Under the pieces are notes generated by a model. The model was given only the letters and a program-made list of their open reading frames with translations, ran no database searches and was not told the origin of the DNA. From Minisyncoccota bacterium (GTDB lineage Bacteria; Patescibacteriota; Minisyncoccia; UBA6257; UBA9933): a stretch of 64,000 bases of DNA. The translations under genes were made by a program, and so were the position numbers. Positions 38,710 through 48,846 of this stretch are shown here, piece by piece. Numbering within the stretch: position 1 is the first letter of the stretch; each line of letters begins with the position of its first letter. The stretch covers positions 129,398-193,397 of the forward strand of contig JBAZEU010000001.1 of the NCBI GenBank assembly GCA_041653755.1. Direction: 5' to 3'.

Positions 38710-39075
38710 ATGGATAAATTACAAGATATTATTTCAAAAATAGAAACATTAACCACTGTGGAGTTGGCTGACTTAGTAAAAGCAATGGAAGAGAAATTTG
38801 GTATTTCCGCCGCCGCTCCAGTCGCAGCTGCAGCCGCAGGTGGCGCAGCAGCCGCAGAAGAAAAAACTTCTTTCAATGTTATTTTGAAAGCAGCCGGTGA
38901 GCAAAAAATAAATGTTATTAAGGCTGTGAAAGAAATTACCGGTCTTGGTTTGAAAGAAGCTAAAGACTTAGTTGACGGCGCTCCAAAGCCGATCAAAGAA
39001 GGAGTCAAGAAAGAAGAAGCGGATGAAATGAAAAAGAAATTGGAATTAGTTGGTGCGGTAGTAGAATTAGGGTAA
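38710..39075 (+). CDS. rplL: 50S ribosomal protein L7/L12
   Basis: [28 protein letters not shown]. Confidence 0.97.
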   Translation: MDKLQDIISKIETLTTVELADLVKAMEEKFGISAAAPVAAAAAGGAAAAEEKTSFNVILKAAGEQKINVIKAVKEITGLGLKEAKDLVDGAPKPIKEGVKKEEADEMKKKLELVGAVVELG

Positions 39076-39104
39076 AAATTTAATCAGCTCGTCTTATGAG
39101 CTGT

Positions 39105-39179
39105 GGGCGGTTAGTTTAATGGTAAAACATTGCATTCACATTGCAGAGAGCATAGGTCCGATTCCTATACCGCCCACCA
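39105..39179 (+). tRNA. tRNA-Val(CAC)
   Basis: Acceptor GGGCGGT/ACCGCCC-A-CCA, anticodon loop TT-CAC-AT; T-loop TCCGATT. Confidence 0.88.
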
Positions 39180-39296
39180 CTGCCTTTCTTGTGAAAAACC
39201 TTGTTTTATGGTATAGTCAAAAAGACACTAGGGAATAGTGTCTTTTTAATAGAGAAGCTCTTTTCCAACTTTTTCGCCAAAAGGAGGCGGAGATAT

Positions 39297-40034
39297 ATGA
39301 ATAGTAGCGCAAGGAAAATGGGGGAGTATTTTGGTGGACTTTTCTTTATTGTGTGTTTTTTGTTCGTCGGCTTGCATAGTCCTTTTCATGGAACGAAAGT
39401 TTTTGCGTCAGGCAAAGTTTCGGTTTCAGAAGTTCATTATTCACCTGATGTATTATTTTTTACAGAGGAGGACATTGCGACTGTAAAAGAAAATGTCGTG
39501 AAATGGGCGAAAACGGTTTCGGGCGTAGAAAGACACAAAGACGTCGATCTTTCTTTAATTCCGAAAAAGGATTATTTTAAGACAGGAGAGGAAATTGAAG
39601 GAATTGATTTTGCAGTCGATGCGTATGTTTATGCAATATCTTTGACCAAGAAAGAAAAGTTAAAAGAGATTGGAGATAACTGGCATCAATCTTTTTCAGA
39701 AATTCAAGAGAAGGTTAGAGAAGCGCTGCTTGAAAATGTTTTGTCTGGCAAAGAAATATTAGGCACCGTGTTAGATCCGATTGAAACGGGAATGGTTTCT
39801 GTTTTTTCTTCGACTGCTCTGGAAAACCAAAAAGAAAATATTTTTATGCCATTAGGGAAATATCCTCCTGCTACGCAGTTGACTATAGAAGCCAAGGGAG
39901 GAGAATTTTCTCAGTGGAGAATAGCGAGCAGAAACAACAAAGCCGTGTTTTTTATAAAAGAAAATCCAGCAAAGATTTATCTAAACGATAATTGGATGAT
40001 AACGGCGATATTCAAAAACCCTCCCGAAAAATAA
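39297..40034 (+). CDS. hypothetical exported/membrane protein
   Basis: AAGGAGG SD before ATG 39297; hydrophobic N-terminal segment. Confidence 0.6.
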   Translation: MNSSARKMGEYFGGLFFIVCFLFVGLHSPFHGTKVFASGKVSVSEVHYSPDVLFFTEEDIATVKENVVKWAKTVSGVERHKDVDLSLIPKKDYFKTGEEIEGIDFAVDAYVYAISLTKKEKLKEIGDNWHQSFSEIQEKVREALLENVLSGKEILGTVLDPIETGMVSVFSSTALENQKENIFMPLGKYPPATQLTIEAKGGEFSQWRIASRNNKAVFFIKENPAKIYLNDNWMITAIFKNPPEK

Positions 40035-40055
40035 TCAGTGGAAAAAGTTTTCAAG

Positions 40056-40092
40056 AAGACCCCGATCTTTACAGATTCTCGGGGTCTTTTTT
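40056..40092 (+). terminator. intrinsic terminator
   Basis: AGACCCCGA/TCGGGGTCT stem plus T run. Confidence 0.7.
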
Positions 40093-40197
40093 GTTGAAAA
40101 CGTAAAAGTTGATAAATTGTCGATAACTTTTTACTTACTTCTTAAAAGATGGCTTAAACAAACAACTTTTATTTTTTAAAAAACAATTTGAAAGTGG

Positions 40198-40285
40198 TTG
40201 ACGGAGTAGTAGCGGTGGAGTAGAATGAAATGAAAGTGGGGAATTGTGGATAACTATGGGGATAAGTACCCAAAGTGGTGAATAA
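40198..40285 (+). promoter_or_regulatory. mraZ promoter with MraZ-type GTGG repeats and DnaA-box-like motifs
   Basis: TTGACG-17nt-TAGAAT; GTGGG/GTGGA/ATGGG at 40236, 40246, 40256 (10-nt period); TGTGGATAA at 40245. Confidence 0.7.
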
Positions 40286-40406
40286 GTCCCAATTTTGTCC
40301 GAATAGAATGAGGCTACAAAATTGAGGATCCCGCCATCGGCGGGATGCTCAATGTGATAGTAATATTTACTTCACATTGAGTTCGTAAATATTAATCAAC
40401 ATTGGC

Positions 40407-40838
40407 ATGTTCATCGGCGAATATCAACATAACTTAGACGTAAAGGGAAGGGTAGCGATACCAGCTAAATTTCGAGCTAAATTGACAGAAGGAGCAATTA
40501 TCACTCGGGGATTGGATCGCTGCCTTTTTGTTTTCACCAGGAAAGAATGGGAAGTCTTAGCTCAAAAATTAGTTGCTTTACCGTTGGCTCAATCAAATTC
40601 AAGAGCTTTTGTGCGTTTGATGCTCGCCGGCGCAATTGACGTGGAAATTGATTCGCAGGGAAGAATTTTGATTTCTGATTACTTAAGAAAATACGCCGAC
40701 TTAAAAAAGAAAATTGTTTTTGCCGGACTTTATAATCGTATTGAAATTTGGGATACGGATGTTTGGAAAGAGTATAAACGAAAGACCGAAAACGAATCGG
40801 AAGAAATAGCGGAAAAATTATCAGAGCTAGGGATTTAA
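40407..40838 (+). CDS. mraZ: transcriptional regulator MraZ
   Basis: MFIGEY..NLD.KGR..IPAKFR, DSQGRIL, IEIW. Confidence 0.96.
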   Translation: MFIGEYQHNLDVKGRVAIPAKFRAKLTEGAIITRGLDRCLFVFTRKEWEVLAQKLVALPLAQSNSRAFVRLMLAGAIDVEIDSQGRILISDYLRKYADLKKKIVFAGLYNRIEIWDTDVWKEYKRKTENESEEIAEKLSELGI

Positions 40839-40842
40839 GAAT

Positions 40843-41742
40843 ATGCCGCACATTCCCGTTCTTTTAAAAGAGGCAATAGAAATTTTAGATCCAAAGCCGG
40901 GAGAATTTTTTATTGATGGGACAATCGGAGACGCTGGACATTCAGCTGAAATTTTAGAGAAGATTGGTTCCGAAGGAAAACTTTTAGGAATTGATTGGGA
41001 TAAAGAAGCTATCGGAAGATTAAGAAACGAAAAGTTTCAAAATTCTCAAAATATATTTTTAGTGAATGATAATTACGCGAATCTGCCTGAAATTTTAAAA
41101 AAGAAAGATTTAGAGAAAGCTGATGGATTAATTTTGGATCTGGGATTTTCTTCAACTTTATTAGAAACATCGAACAGGGGATTCAGTTTCAGAAATTCGT
41201 CGGGCAACGAAGAACCGTTGGACATGAGATATAACGAAGAAACAAAATTGACTGCCGCCGATGTTGTAAATCGTTTCAAAGAAAAAGATTTAGCGGAAAT
41301 TATTTTCCAATACGGCGAAGAAAGATTTTCAAGAAGGATTGCCAAAGCAATTATCGAAGAGAGAAAGAGGAAACCGATCAAAACCACTTCTGACTTGGTG
41401 GAGATTATAGGAAGAGCCGTTCCAAAAAATTATGAAAATCATCGGATTCATCCAGCCACCAGAACTTTTCAGGCATTGAGAATTTATGTCAATCAGGAGT
41501 TAAAGAATTTATCGAAAGTATTAAACAATTTAGATTTAATTTTAAAAACAAAAGGTCGTTTAGCGGTTATATCATTTCATTCTTTAGAGGACAGAATAGC
41601 AAAACAAACATTTAAGGAATTAGAAAAAGAAGGGGAAATTAAGATTTTAACCAAGAAACCGATAAGGGCCAGCGAGGAAGAAATTAAGATGAACCCCCGT
41701 TCTAGATCAGCCAAACTAAGAGCAGCGATTTTAATAAAATGA
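40843..41742 (+). CDS. rsmH: 16S rRNA m4C1402 methyltransferase
   Basis: HIPVLL, DLGFSS, PLDMR, HPATRTFQALRI, FHSLEDR, NPRSRSAKLR. Confidence 0.96.
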   Translation: MPHIPVLLKEAIEILDPKPGEFFIDGTIGDAGHSAEILEKIGSEGKLLGIDWDKEAIGRLRNEKFQNSQNIFLVNDNYANLPEILKKKDLEKADGLILDLGFSSTLLETSNRGFSFRNSSGNEEPLDMRYNEETKLTAADVVNRFKEKDLAEIIFQYGEERFSRRIAKAIIEERKRKPIKTTSDLVEIIGRAVPKNYENHRIHPATRTFQALRIYVNQELKNLSKVLNNLDLILKTKGRLAVISFHSLEDRIAKQTFKELEKEGEIKILTKKPIRASEEEIKMNPRSRSAKLRAAILIK

Positions 41743-42050
41743 CAATTATTCAGCCAAATAAACATAAAAATAAGCTTAATCTAATCATCGCCTTGTTGCT
41801 TCTTGCTATAGTGGCTTTAGTCAGCCAAGGTATTTATCTTTATTCGCAATCAGTAAATTTTCGCCACGATATTACAAAGATGGAAAAGGATGTCCGAAAT
41901 ATAGAGGTGGCTAATGCAGAGATGAAAAATAAGCTTTTTGCCTTGTTTGAGCCAAGCAACATAAAAACTGTTACCGAAAATAGCGGATTGATTGAAGACA
42001 AAAATCCTCAGTATATGAAAGAGTTAGATAATCCTTTAGCAAAAAGATAA
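41739..42050 (+). CDS. FtsL-like cell division protein
   Basis: TM helix plus coiled coil; located between rsmH and the PBP gene. Confidence 0.65.
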   Translation: MTIIQPNKHKNKLNLIIALLLLAIVALVSQGIYLYSQSVNFRHDITKMEKDVRNIEVANAEMKNKLFALFEPSNIKTVTENSGLIEDKNPQYMKELDNPLAKR

Positions 42051-42068
42051 AAGTAATATGTTTGTATC

Positions 42069-43709
42069 ATGAAATGGCGAATAGGGCTTTTAGTATTTTT
42101 ATTTGGCTCGCTTTACGCGGTCTTAACTTTTAACTTATATAATCTTCAAATTAAGCACGGCCTGATTTTTGCGACACAAGCCGCTGATCAAAACAGGCAA
42201 TCAGGACTTTCAATCCCTAATCGAGGGAATATTTATTTTGTTGACAAAGATAATAGGCAAATTCCTGCCGTTCTTAATAAAGAATTTTCAATAATTTACG
42301 CTGTCCCGACAGAAATCGCAGATTCGCTTGAAACCGCTTCTCAAATTTCTGCTATAGTCGGGCAATCGGTTAATGCTTTGAAAGAAGCTTTATCAAAACC
42401 AAAATCTCAATACGAACTTTTAGTTTATAAGGCGAGTGATGATCAAATAAAGCAAATTCAAGACCTTAAGGTCAAAGGTATTTATATCACAAAGGAGCTT
42501 TTGCGTTTTTATCCGCTTGGCGAAAGAGCTTCACAGGTTTTAGGATTTGTCGGACCAAATCAAAATGATGATGGAATTACCGGTCGTTATGGCATAGAAG
42601 CGTATTTTAATGATCTTTTGGGAGGTCAAACAGGTCAAATTCAAGGCGATTTTATAATCAAGCCGAAAAACGGTGATGATTTAGTTCTTACTATTGATCC
42701 GAATATTCAGTTAGAAGCAGAAGATATTTTAAAAAACCTTGTAGAAGAATACAAAGCGAGCGCCGGCATGGTGATTGTAGAAGAACCGAAAACCGGAAAA
42801 ATTTTAGCAATGAATAGCGTTCCTAGTTTTGACCCAAATAATTATTCTAATTATAGCCTTTCGAGTTTTTTGAATCCTGTTGTCCAAGCAGTTTATGAGC
42901 CCGGTTCGGTTTTTAAGGTCCTTACAATGTCCGCAGGAATCGATAGCGGAAAAATTACTCCGCAAACAACGTACGTCGATAAAGGATCAGTAACATATAA
43001 CGGGAAAACAATTCAGAACTTTGAATTGAAAACTTATGGCAAGCAAACAATGACAAATGTCATTGAAAATTCTATAAACACAGGAGCGGTTTTTGCCGAA
43101 CGACAAACCGGTCACGAAACTTTTTATAATTATCTGAAAAACTTTGGTCTTAATGTTGCGACCGGAATCACTTTGCCGGGAGAATTAAAGGGGAATCTTA
43201 GCAATTTGGTCAACGGAAAAGATATAAATTATGCTACTGCCTCTTTTGGTCAGGGGGTGGCAGTAACACCAATTGAAGTTATAAATGCTATTGCGGCGAT
43301 TGCTAATAAAGGTAAATTAATGAAACCATATATTGTAGCCAGCGAAAAACCAACAGTAATTCGTCAGGTAATTTCTGAAAATACCGCTAACCAAGTAGTC
43401 CAAATGATGGTTTCGGCCGTAAAAGTAAACAAGGTGGCTGATATCAAAAATTACTCTGTTGCTGCGAAAACCGGGACTGCTTTTGTGCCCAATTTTAAAA
43501 CTGGCGGTTACACAGAAGATGTTATTAACACTTATATTGGTTTTGCTCCGGCATATGATCCGCGATTTATTATTTTATTCAGAATAGACAAGCCAGCAGG
43601 AGCCATTAGCGCTGGTAGAAGCGTAGTGCCGGCCTTTAAAAAATTGGCAGAATTTCTTTTAAATTATTACAATGTGGCGCCTGATCAGTTAGACAACGCT
43701 AATCATTAA
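42069..43709 (+). CDS. ftsI: class B penicillin-binding protein (FtsI-like)
   Basis: SxxK (EPGSVFK), SxN (SIN) and KTG motifs; dcw context. Confidence 0.88.
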   Translation: MKWRIGLLVFLFGSLYAVLTFNLYNLQIKHGLIFATQAADQNRQSGLSIPNRGNIYFVDKDNRQIPAVLNKEFSIIYAVPTEIADSLETASQISAIVGQSVNALKEALSKPKSQYELLVYKASDDQIKQIQDLKVKGIYITKELLRFYPLGERASQVLGFVGPNQNDDGITGRYGIEAYFNDLLGGQTGQIQGDFIIKPKNGDDLVLTIDPNIQLEAEDILKNLVEEYKASAGMVIVEEPKTGKILAMNSVPSFDPNNYSNYSLSSFLNPVVQAVYEPGSVFKVLTMSAGIDSGKITPQTTYVDKGSVTYNGKTIQNFELKTYGKQTMTNVIENSINTGAVFAERQTGHETFYNYLKNFGLNVATGITLPGELKGNLSNLVNGKDINYATASFGQGVAVTPIEVINAIAAIANKGKLMKPYIVASEKPTVIRQVISENTANQVVQMMVSAVKVNKVADIKNYSVAAKTGTAFVPNFKTGGYTEDVINTYIGFAPAYDPRFIILFRIDKPAGAISAGRSVVPAFKKLAEFLLNYYNVAPDQLDNANH

Positions 43710-43711
43710 CG

Positions 43712-44947
43712 ATGAAAGACAAAGCAATCAAAATTTTAAAATGGAAGATAAAGAAATTGGCTCAGTGGACGATTTCGCGTTATAAACCAACCGTGATTGC
43801 GATAACCGGTAGCGCTGGAAAAACTTCTGCCAAAGAAGCGATTTACGCAGCGTTAAAAGATTTCAATATCGTTCGAAAATCAAGCGGTAACTTTAATAAC
43901 GAAATTGGAATGCCGTTAACGATTCTGGGTGATTGGCAAAAGATTTCCGGAATTTCTTTCTGGCCGAAAGTGATTTTTTCTTCTTGGGGTAAATTGATTT
44001 CAAAATCTAAATATCCGGAAATTTTAATTTTGGAATATGGCGCTGATAAGCCAAACGATATCAAGTATCTTTTAGAAATCGCAAGACCAAAAATAGCCGT
44101 AATTACGGCGGTTGGAGATATTCCAGTTCACATTGAAGCGTATCCAGACAGAGAATCATTAATTAGAGAGAAATCGCGATTGATTGAACAATTGCCAGTT
44201 TCTGGTTATGCGGTTTTAAATGGCGATGATCCGATAGTCAAAGAAATGCAAAACAAAACTCGCGGCAATGTAATGACTTTTGGATTTTCTGAAATGACTG
44301 ATGTGAGAATAATAAATTTTGAGATTTATTTTGAAGACAAAAATCCTATGGGAGTATCTTTTAAGCTGGAATATAAGGGAGGAGTGATTCCTTTTAGAAT
44401 TATGGGAGCTTTGGGTAGAGGTCAGGCCTATGCGGTTGCTGCGGCGAGCTGCGTGAGCTTGATTTTAGGATTAAATTTGGTCCAGATTTCCGAATCAATA
44501 TCTAAAAATTATGAAGTTCCGTCTCGAAGAATGAATTTACTAAAAGGGAAAAAAGAGACAACGATTATTGATGATAGCTATAATGCTTCGCCAATAGCTG
44601 CCAAGGAATCATTAATGGCGTTAGGTGAGATACAAAACGCGCGAAGAGTCGCTATTTTAGGAGATATGCTGGAATTAGGACGATATTCTCCTGAAGCCCA
44701 CGAAGAGATAGGCGCTTTAACGAAATCAAAAGTAGATGTTTTGATAACTGTTGGGCCGCGATCAAGATTTATTGTTGAGGGAGCGTTGGCTAAAGGTTTC
44801 GATAAGAACAAAATCTTTGGTTTTGCTACCGCGAATGAAGCCAAAAAGTTTATTCTAGAAACCATTAGAAAAGGCGATGTGATTCTGATTAAGGCATCAA
44901 GGGCAGTGGGTTTGGATAAAATTGTTGATGATCTTAAGGCGTCGTGA
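43712..44947 (+). CDS. murF: UDP-MurNAc-tripeptide--D-Ala-D-Ala ligase
   Basis: ITGSAGKT, NFNNEIG.P, DDSYNASP, GDMLELG, KASR. Confidence 0.92.
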   Translation: MKDKAIKILKWKIKKLAQWTISRYKPTVIAITGSAGKTSAKEAIYAALKDFNIVRKSSGNFNNEIGMPLTILGDWQKISGISFWPKVIFSSWGKLISKSKYPEILILEYGADKPNDIKYLLEIARPKIAVITAVGDIPVHIEAYPDRESLIREKSRLIEQLPVSGYAVLNGDDPIVKEMQNKTRGNVMTFGFSEMTDVRIINFEIYFEDKNPMGVSFKLEYKGGVIPFRIMGALGRGQAYAVAAASCVSLILGLNLVQISESISKNYEVPSRRMNLLKGKKETTIIDDSYNASPIAAKESLMALGEIQNARRVAILGDMLELGRYSPEAHEEIGALTKSKVDVLITVGPRSRFIVEGALAKGFDKNKIFGFATANEAKKFILETIRKGDVILIKASRAVGLDKIVDDLKAS

Positions 44948-44963
44948 TACTCTCTTTAAGATT

Positions 44964-45038
44964 GCCCTTGTCGTCTAGTCTGGCCTAGGACACATGGTTC
45001 TCATCCATGAAACTCGGGTTCGAATCCCGACGAGGGTG
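44964..45038 (+). tRNA. tRNA-Glu(CTC)
   Basis: Anticodon arm CATGG-TTCTCAT-CCATG, T-arm TCGGG-TTCGAAT-CCCGA. Confidence 0.92.
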
Positions 45039-45040
45039 CA

Positions 45041-45529
45041 ATGGAAAATAATTTTGATGCCATCATAGTCTTAGGACACGGACAAAGGGAAAGGAAGATT
45101 GGCGAGATATTAAAAAATCGATTAGATAAGGCCTTTGAGATTTCTCAGGAAAATAAAGAGGCAATGATAATTTTGAGTGGGGGAAAGGTTTATTCAAACG
45201 ATTTTTCCGAGGCAGAAATAATGGCGGGATTTTTAGAAAAAAGGGGGATAGCAAAAGAAAGTTTTATTTTAGAAGATAGGTCTAAAAACACTTTCGAAAA
45301 TCTGATAAATTCTAAAAAGATTGTAGAAGAATACGGCTTTGAAAGGATTGCCTTAATAACAAGTGATTATCATTTAAAGAGAGTGAAGATGATCGCGAAA
45401 ATGATAGGTTTGAATATTTCCGGATTCTCTGCGATTTCGAAAAAGAATGTTGGATTTATATTTAAAAAGTCGATGACAGAATTTTTTAAAATAATTTTCG
45501 ATTACCTGCGGGTTAAAATATGCGCCTAG
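45041..45529 (+). CDS. YdcF/DUF218 family protein
   Basis: AIIVLG, ILSGG, SEA..M, EDRS.NT.EN, TSDYHL.R. Confidence 0.88.
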   Translation: MENNFDAIIVLGHGQRERKIGEILKNRLDKAFEISQENKEAMIILSGGKVYSNDFSEAEIMAGFLEKRGIAKESFILEDRSKNTFENLINSKKIVEEYGFERIALITSDYHLKRVKMIAKMIGLNISGFSAISKKNVGFIFKKSMTEFFKIIFDYLRVKICA

Positions 45530-45873
45530 CTATTATTAAAGAAGTCATTAAAGACAAATACCTTAGAACGATTTTCGCGATAAGCGCCTTGCTTTTATTG
45601 ATTGTTTTTACGCTAATTTGCTTTAAATTTATCGGCATCAGAAATCCGATAATTGTTCATTTTGATGTCTATAAAGGAATTGATTTTTTGGGAAGCCGGA
45701 TTGACGTGTTCGGTATCTTTCTGGCCGCCGTAGTGATTTTTTTAATAAATCTTTTTTTGTCTAATCATCTTTTTTATCGAGAGAGGTTTTTGTCTTATGT
45801 TTTTGCCGCTACAACACTATTTTTAGTTGTTTTGGCGCTGATAGCGATAGCCGCCATTATTTCAGTTAACTGA
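45520..45873 (+). CDS. hypothetical membrane protein
   Basis: Three hydrophobic helices, IIVHF motif. Confidence 0.65.
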   Translation: MRLAIIKEVIKDKYLRTIFAISALLLLIVFTLICFKFIGIRNPIIVHFDVYKGIDFLGSRIDVFGIFLAAVVIFLINLFLSNHLFYRERFLSYVFAATTLFLVVLALIAIAAIISVN

Positions 45874-46038
45874 TAAATTTGGTACACTTTACTTATGCCC
45901 AGTAGTATTACTGCGATATGATTAACTATAATCTTTCGTAGTAAGTCACTGGGATAAAGATTGATTAAATAATATAATATAATTAACCAATGCGATGAGT
46001 TAATCTAAAAAATTACCATCGCAGTTTCACTACTGGGT

Positions 46039-46407
46039 ATGCCAGAAGAAGGTTTTGGGAAAGAGGAAATTGAAAGACAGCTTGAAAGCCGTTTAGAGAT
46101 TGAAAAACAGCCGGAGAAGAAGCCGGAATTTTTGAGTGAAACAGAAAAACAGGAAAAGGAGAAAATCCGGGAAGAAATCAAAAGAGTTAATTTTCAGCAA
46201 ACTGACGAAGAAGAAGCGCAAAAAGAAGCGGAATCTTTAAAGACAAAGGCTTTGCCAGGGAAAATAGACCGACTTTTTGAGTTAGCAAAAGATAAGGGAT
46301 TATTTTTCGCTTTGAAAATTGCCGAGAGCACCGGCGATGGATATCTGATTGATGTTTTTCATGACCTTTTAGCAAAAGACAGTTTTTTCAAGAAGTTTGT
46401 TCAATGA
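46039..46407 (+). CDS. hypothetical protein
   Basis: Glu/Lys-rich; translationally coupled to the downstream ATPase. Confidence 0.65.
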   Translation: MPEEGFGKEEIERQLESRLEIEKQPEKKPEFLSETEKQEKEKIREEIKRVNFQQTDEEEAQKEAESLKTKALPGKIDRLFELAKDKGLFFALKIAESTGDGYLIDVFHDLLAKDSFFKKFVQ

Positions 46408-48833
46408 TACAAACAATTATCACCTCAATTATTTTAGCTGCCGCAATTATCTTTTTAAGCGTTTTTTCGATGCGAGTTAAAACAAGAAAGAATATTTTGC
46501 AAAGTTTAGAAATGGTTTTGTTTTCGATACGGATTCCAAAACATGAAAAGAAAATAGAAGGTCAGGCAGCAACAGAAGCGAAAAACTTGATTGGTATGAT
46601 GGAACAGATTTTTTCTTCTTTTATCTCTTTAAAACCAAATAAAAATTTAAAAGGACCGGCGCGGATAGTTTTTGAAATTGCTTCGCAGCAAGGCGGTAGT
46701 GATATTGAATTTTTTGTGGCTGTGCCAAAATTTCTGGAAACCGGCATTGAAAAGCAAATTCAAGGAATTTATGCCGGTGCAGTCGTAGAAAAAGTTTTGG
46801 AGGATTACACGATTTTTGAACCAGACAGCGTTTCTACCGGCTCATATCTAAAACTTAACGAAGACGCATTTTTACCCATAAATACTTATTCTGATCTTCA
46901 GCAAGATCCTTTGGCGGGAATTACTAACGCATTAAGTAAGATTGTCATTGAAGAAGGCGCAGCGGTTCAACTTGTTTTAAAACCATTCAATTATCAAAAG
47001 TTTAGAAGTCAGGGGACAAAACTGATTTCTTTATTACGAGAAGGAAAGAAATTTAAAACTGCTTTAGCAGAAGCCAAAAAAAGCGCCGGGCTTAAACTTG
47101 CTGAAGAAGCGTTTTCTGGAGTAGCCGGCACAGGCAAAACATCGAAAGAAAAACAACAAGAAGACAATAAGAAGCAATACGGAGTTGATGAGACAGCGGT
47201 AGAAGTTATCGGCAAAAAAATAAAAAAGCCGTTATTTGAATCAAATATACGATTAGTTGTTTCAGCGAAAACAGCGGAAAGAGCTGAAGAAATTTTAAGC
47301 CATCTTGAGAGCAGTTTCGGCCAGTTAGCGTCTTCTAATAGTTTTAAAAGCGTAAAAATAAGACCGCGGCAACTTCATAATTTTATTCATAATTTCAGTT
47401 TCAGGGATTTTTCAGAAGCGGAAAAGAATATTTTGAATATAGAAGAGCTTTCGAGCATTTATCATTTTCCAACACCTTACTTGGAAACGCCGAATATCAA
47501 ATGGATAAAAAGCACTTATGCTCCACCACCAGTTGAGCTTCCGCAGTCAGGAGAAATGCTTTTGGGGAAGATTGTTTTCCGCGGAGAAGAAAAACCGGTT
47601 TATTTCCATTCGGTTGATGACAGAAGAAGGCATTTTTACGTCGTCGGACAAACCGGCACCGGTAAAAGCTCTTTGTTGCGCGAGATGATTCGTCAGGATA
47701 TTGAAAGCGGCAAAGGAGTGGCTGTAATTGATCCTCATGGCGATTTAATTGAAGATACTTTAGCTAATATCCCGAAAAATCGTCTTGAAGATGTTGTTCT
47801 ATTCGAGCCGTTTAATATGGAACGACCGATTGGTCTTAATATGCTCGAATATGATTCGCCGGAACAGAAGGATTTCGCGGTTCAGGAAATGATTTCTATC
47901 TTTCAGAAGCTTTTTCCGCCAGAAATTATCGGTCCGATGTTCGAGCATTATATGAGAAATGCGATGCTGGCGTTAATGGCGGATAAAAATAATCCGGGGA
48001 CTTTAGTTGAAGTTCCCCGTATTTTCACTGACGCAGAATTTATGGAAGAAAGATTAAGCCATGTGACTGATCCGATTGTTCGTTCTTTTTGGGAAAAAGA
48101 ATGGAAGCAGACAACCGGGCAAAGTAAATCAGAAATGTTGGGCTATGTTGTTTCAAAAGTCGGCAGATTCATTGAGAATGAAATGATGAGGAATATAATC
48201 GGCCAATCGCATTCAGGGTTTGATTTAGCGGAAGTTATGAATAATGGAAAGATATTTTTGGCGAATCTTTCAAAGGGGCAAACAGGAGAAGTGAATAGTT
48301 CGTTATTGGGATTAATTTTGGTCTCCAAAATGCAAATGGCGGCAATGAGAAGAGCAAATCTTCCGCAGGAAGAAAGAAAAGATTTTTATCTTTATGTCGA
48401 CGAGTTCCAAAATTTTACAACCGATAGTATCGTGACAATTTTGTCAGAAGCCAGAAAATATAAGCTTAATTTGATTTTGGCGCATCAATATATTCCTCAG
48501 CTTGAAGAACAGATTAAAAACGCGGTTGTCGGAAATGTCGGAACCATTGCTTCATTTAGGGTTGGAGCTGATGATGCTGAATTTTTGGAAAAACAATTCT
48601 CTCCGGAGTTTTCAAAGCACGATTTGGTTAATTTGGATAACTTTAACGCTATTTTGAAAATGATTATAAATAATAAGATTTCTACGCCTTTCAGGATGGA
48701 AACCATATTGCCAAAGAAAGGGGATTATGATATAATTCAACCATTGAGAGATTTATCGCAATTAAAATACGGAAAACCAAAAGAAATCGTGGAAAAAGAG
48801 ATTATAGAAAGATCGAAATTAGGGGCATTATAA
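46404..48833 (+). CDS. VirD4/TraG/HerA-like P-loop ATPase with N-terminal TM
   Basis: RHFYVVGQTGTGKS (Walker A), IDPHGD, LYVDEFQ (Walker B), SEARKY, AHQY. Confidence 0.85.
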   Translation: MIQTIITSIILAAAIIFLSVFSMRVKTRKNILQSLEMVLFSIRIPKHEKKIEGQAATEAKNLIGMMEQIFSSFISLKPNKNLKGPARIVFEIASQQGGSDIEFFVAVPKFLETGIEKQIQGIYAGAVVEKVLEDYTIFEPDSVSTGSYLKLNEDAFLPINTYSDLQQDPLAGITNALSKIVIEEGAAVQLVLKPFNYQKFRSQGTKLISLLREGKKFKTALAEAKKSAGLKLAEEAFSGVAGTGKTSKEKQQEDNKKQYGVDETAVEVIGKKIKKPLFESNIRLVVSAKTAERAEEILSHLESSFGQLASSNSFKSVKIRPRQLHNFIHNFSFRDFSEAEKNILNIEELSSIYHFPTPYLETPNIKWIKSTYAPPPVELPQSGEMLLGKIVFRGEEKPVYFHSVDDRRRHFYVVGQTGTGKSSLLREMIRQDIESGKGVAVIDPHGDLIEDTLANIPKNRLEDVVLFEPFNMERPIGLNMLEYDSPEQKDFAVQEMISIFQKLFPPEIIGPMFEHYMRNAMLALMADKNNPGTLVEVPRIFTDAEFMEERLSHVTDPIVRSFWEKEWKQTTGQSKSEMLGYVVSKVGRFIENEMMRNIIGQSHSGFDLAEVMNNGKIFLANLSKGQTGEVNSSLLGLILVSKMQMAAMRRANLPQEERKDFYLYVDEFQNFTTDSIVTILSEARKYKLNLILAHQYIPQLEEQIKNAVVGNVGTIASFRVGADDAEFLEKQFSPEFSKHDLVNLDNFNAILKMIINNKISTPFRMETILPKKGDYDIIQPLRDLSQLKYGKPKEIVEKEIIERSKLGAL

Positions 48834-48846
48834 TTAATAAAAATAT

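Noticed and set aside
46404-48833. Conjugative element or ICE
   Set aside because: No relaxase, VirB genes or integrase nearby; the ATPase sits among chromosomal genes.
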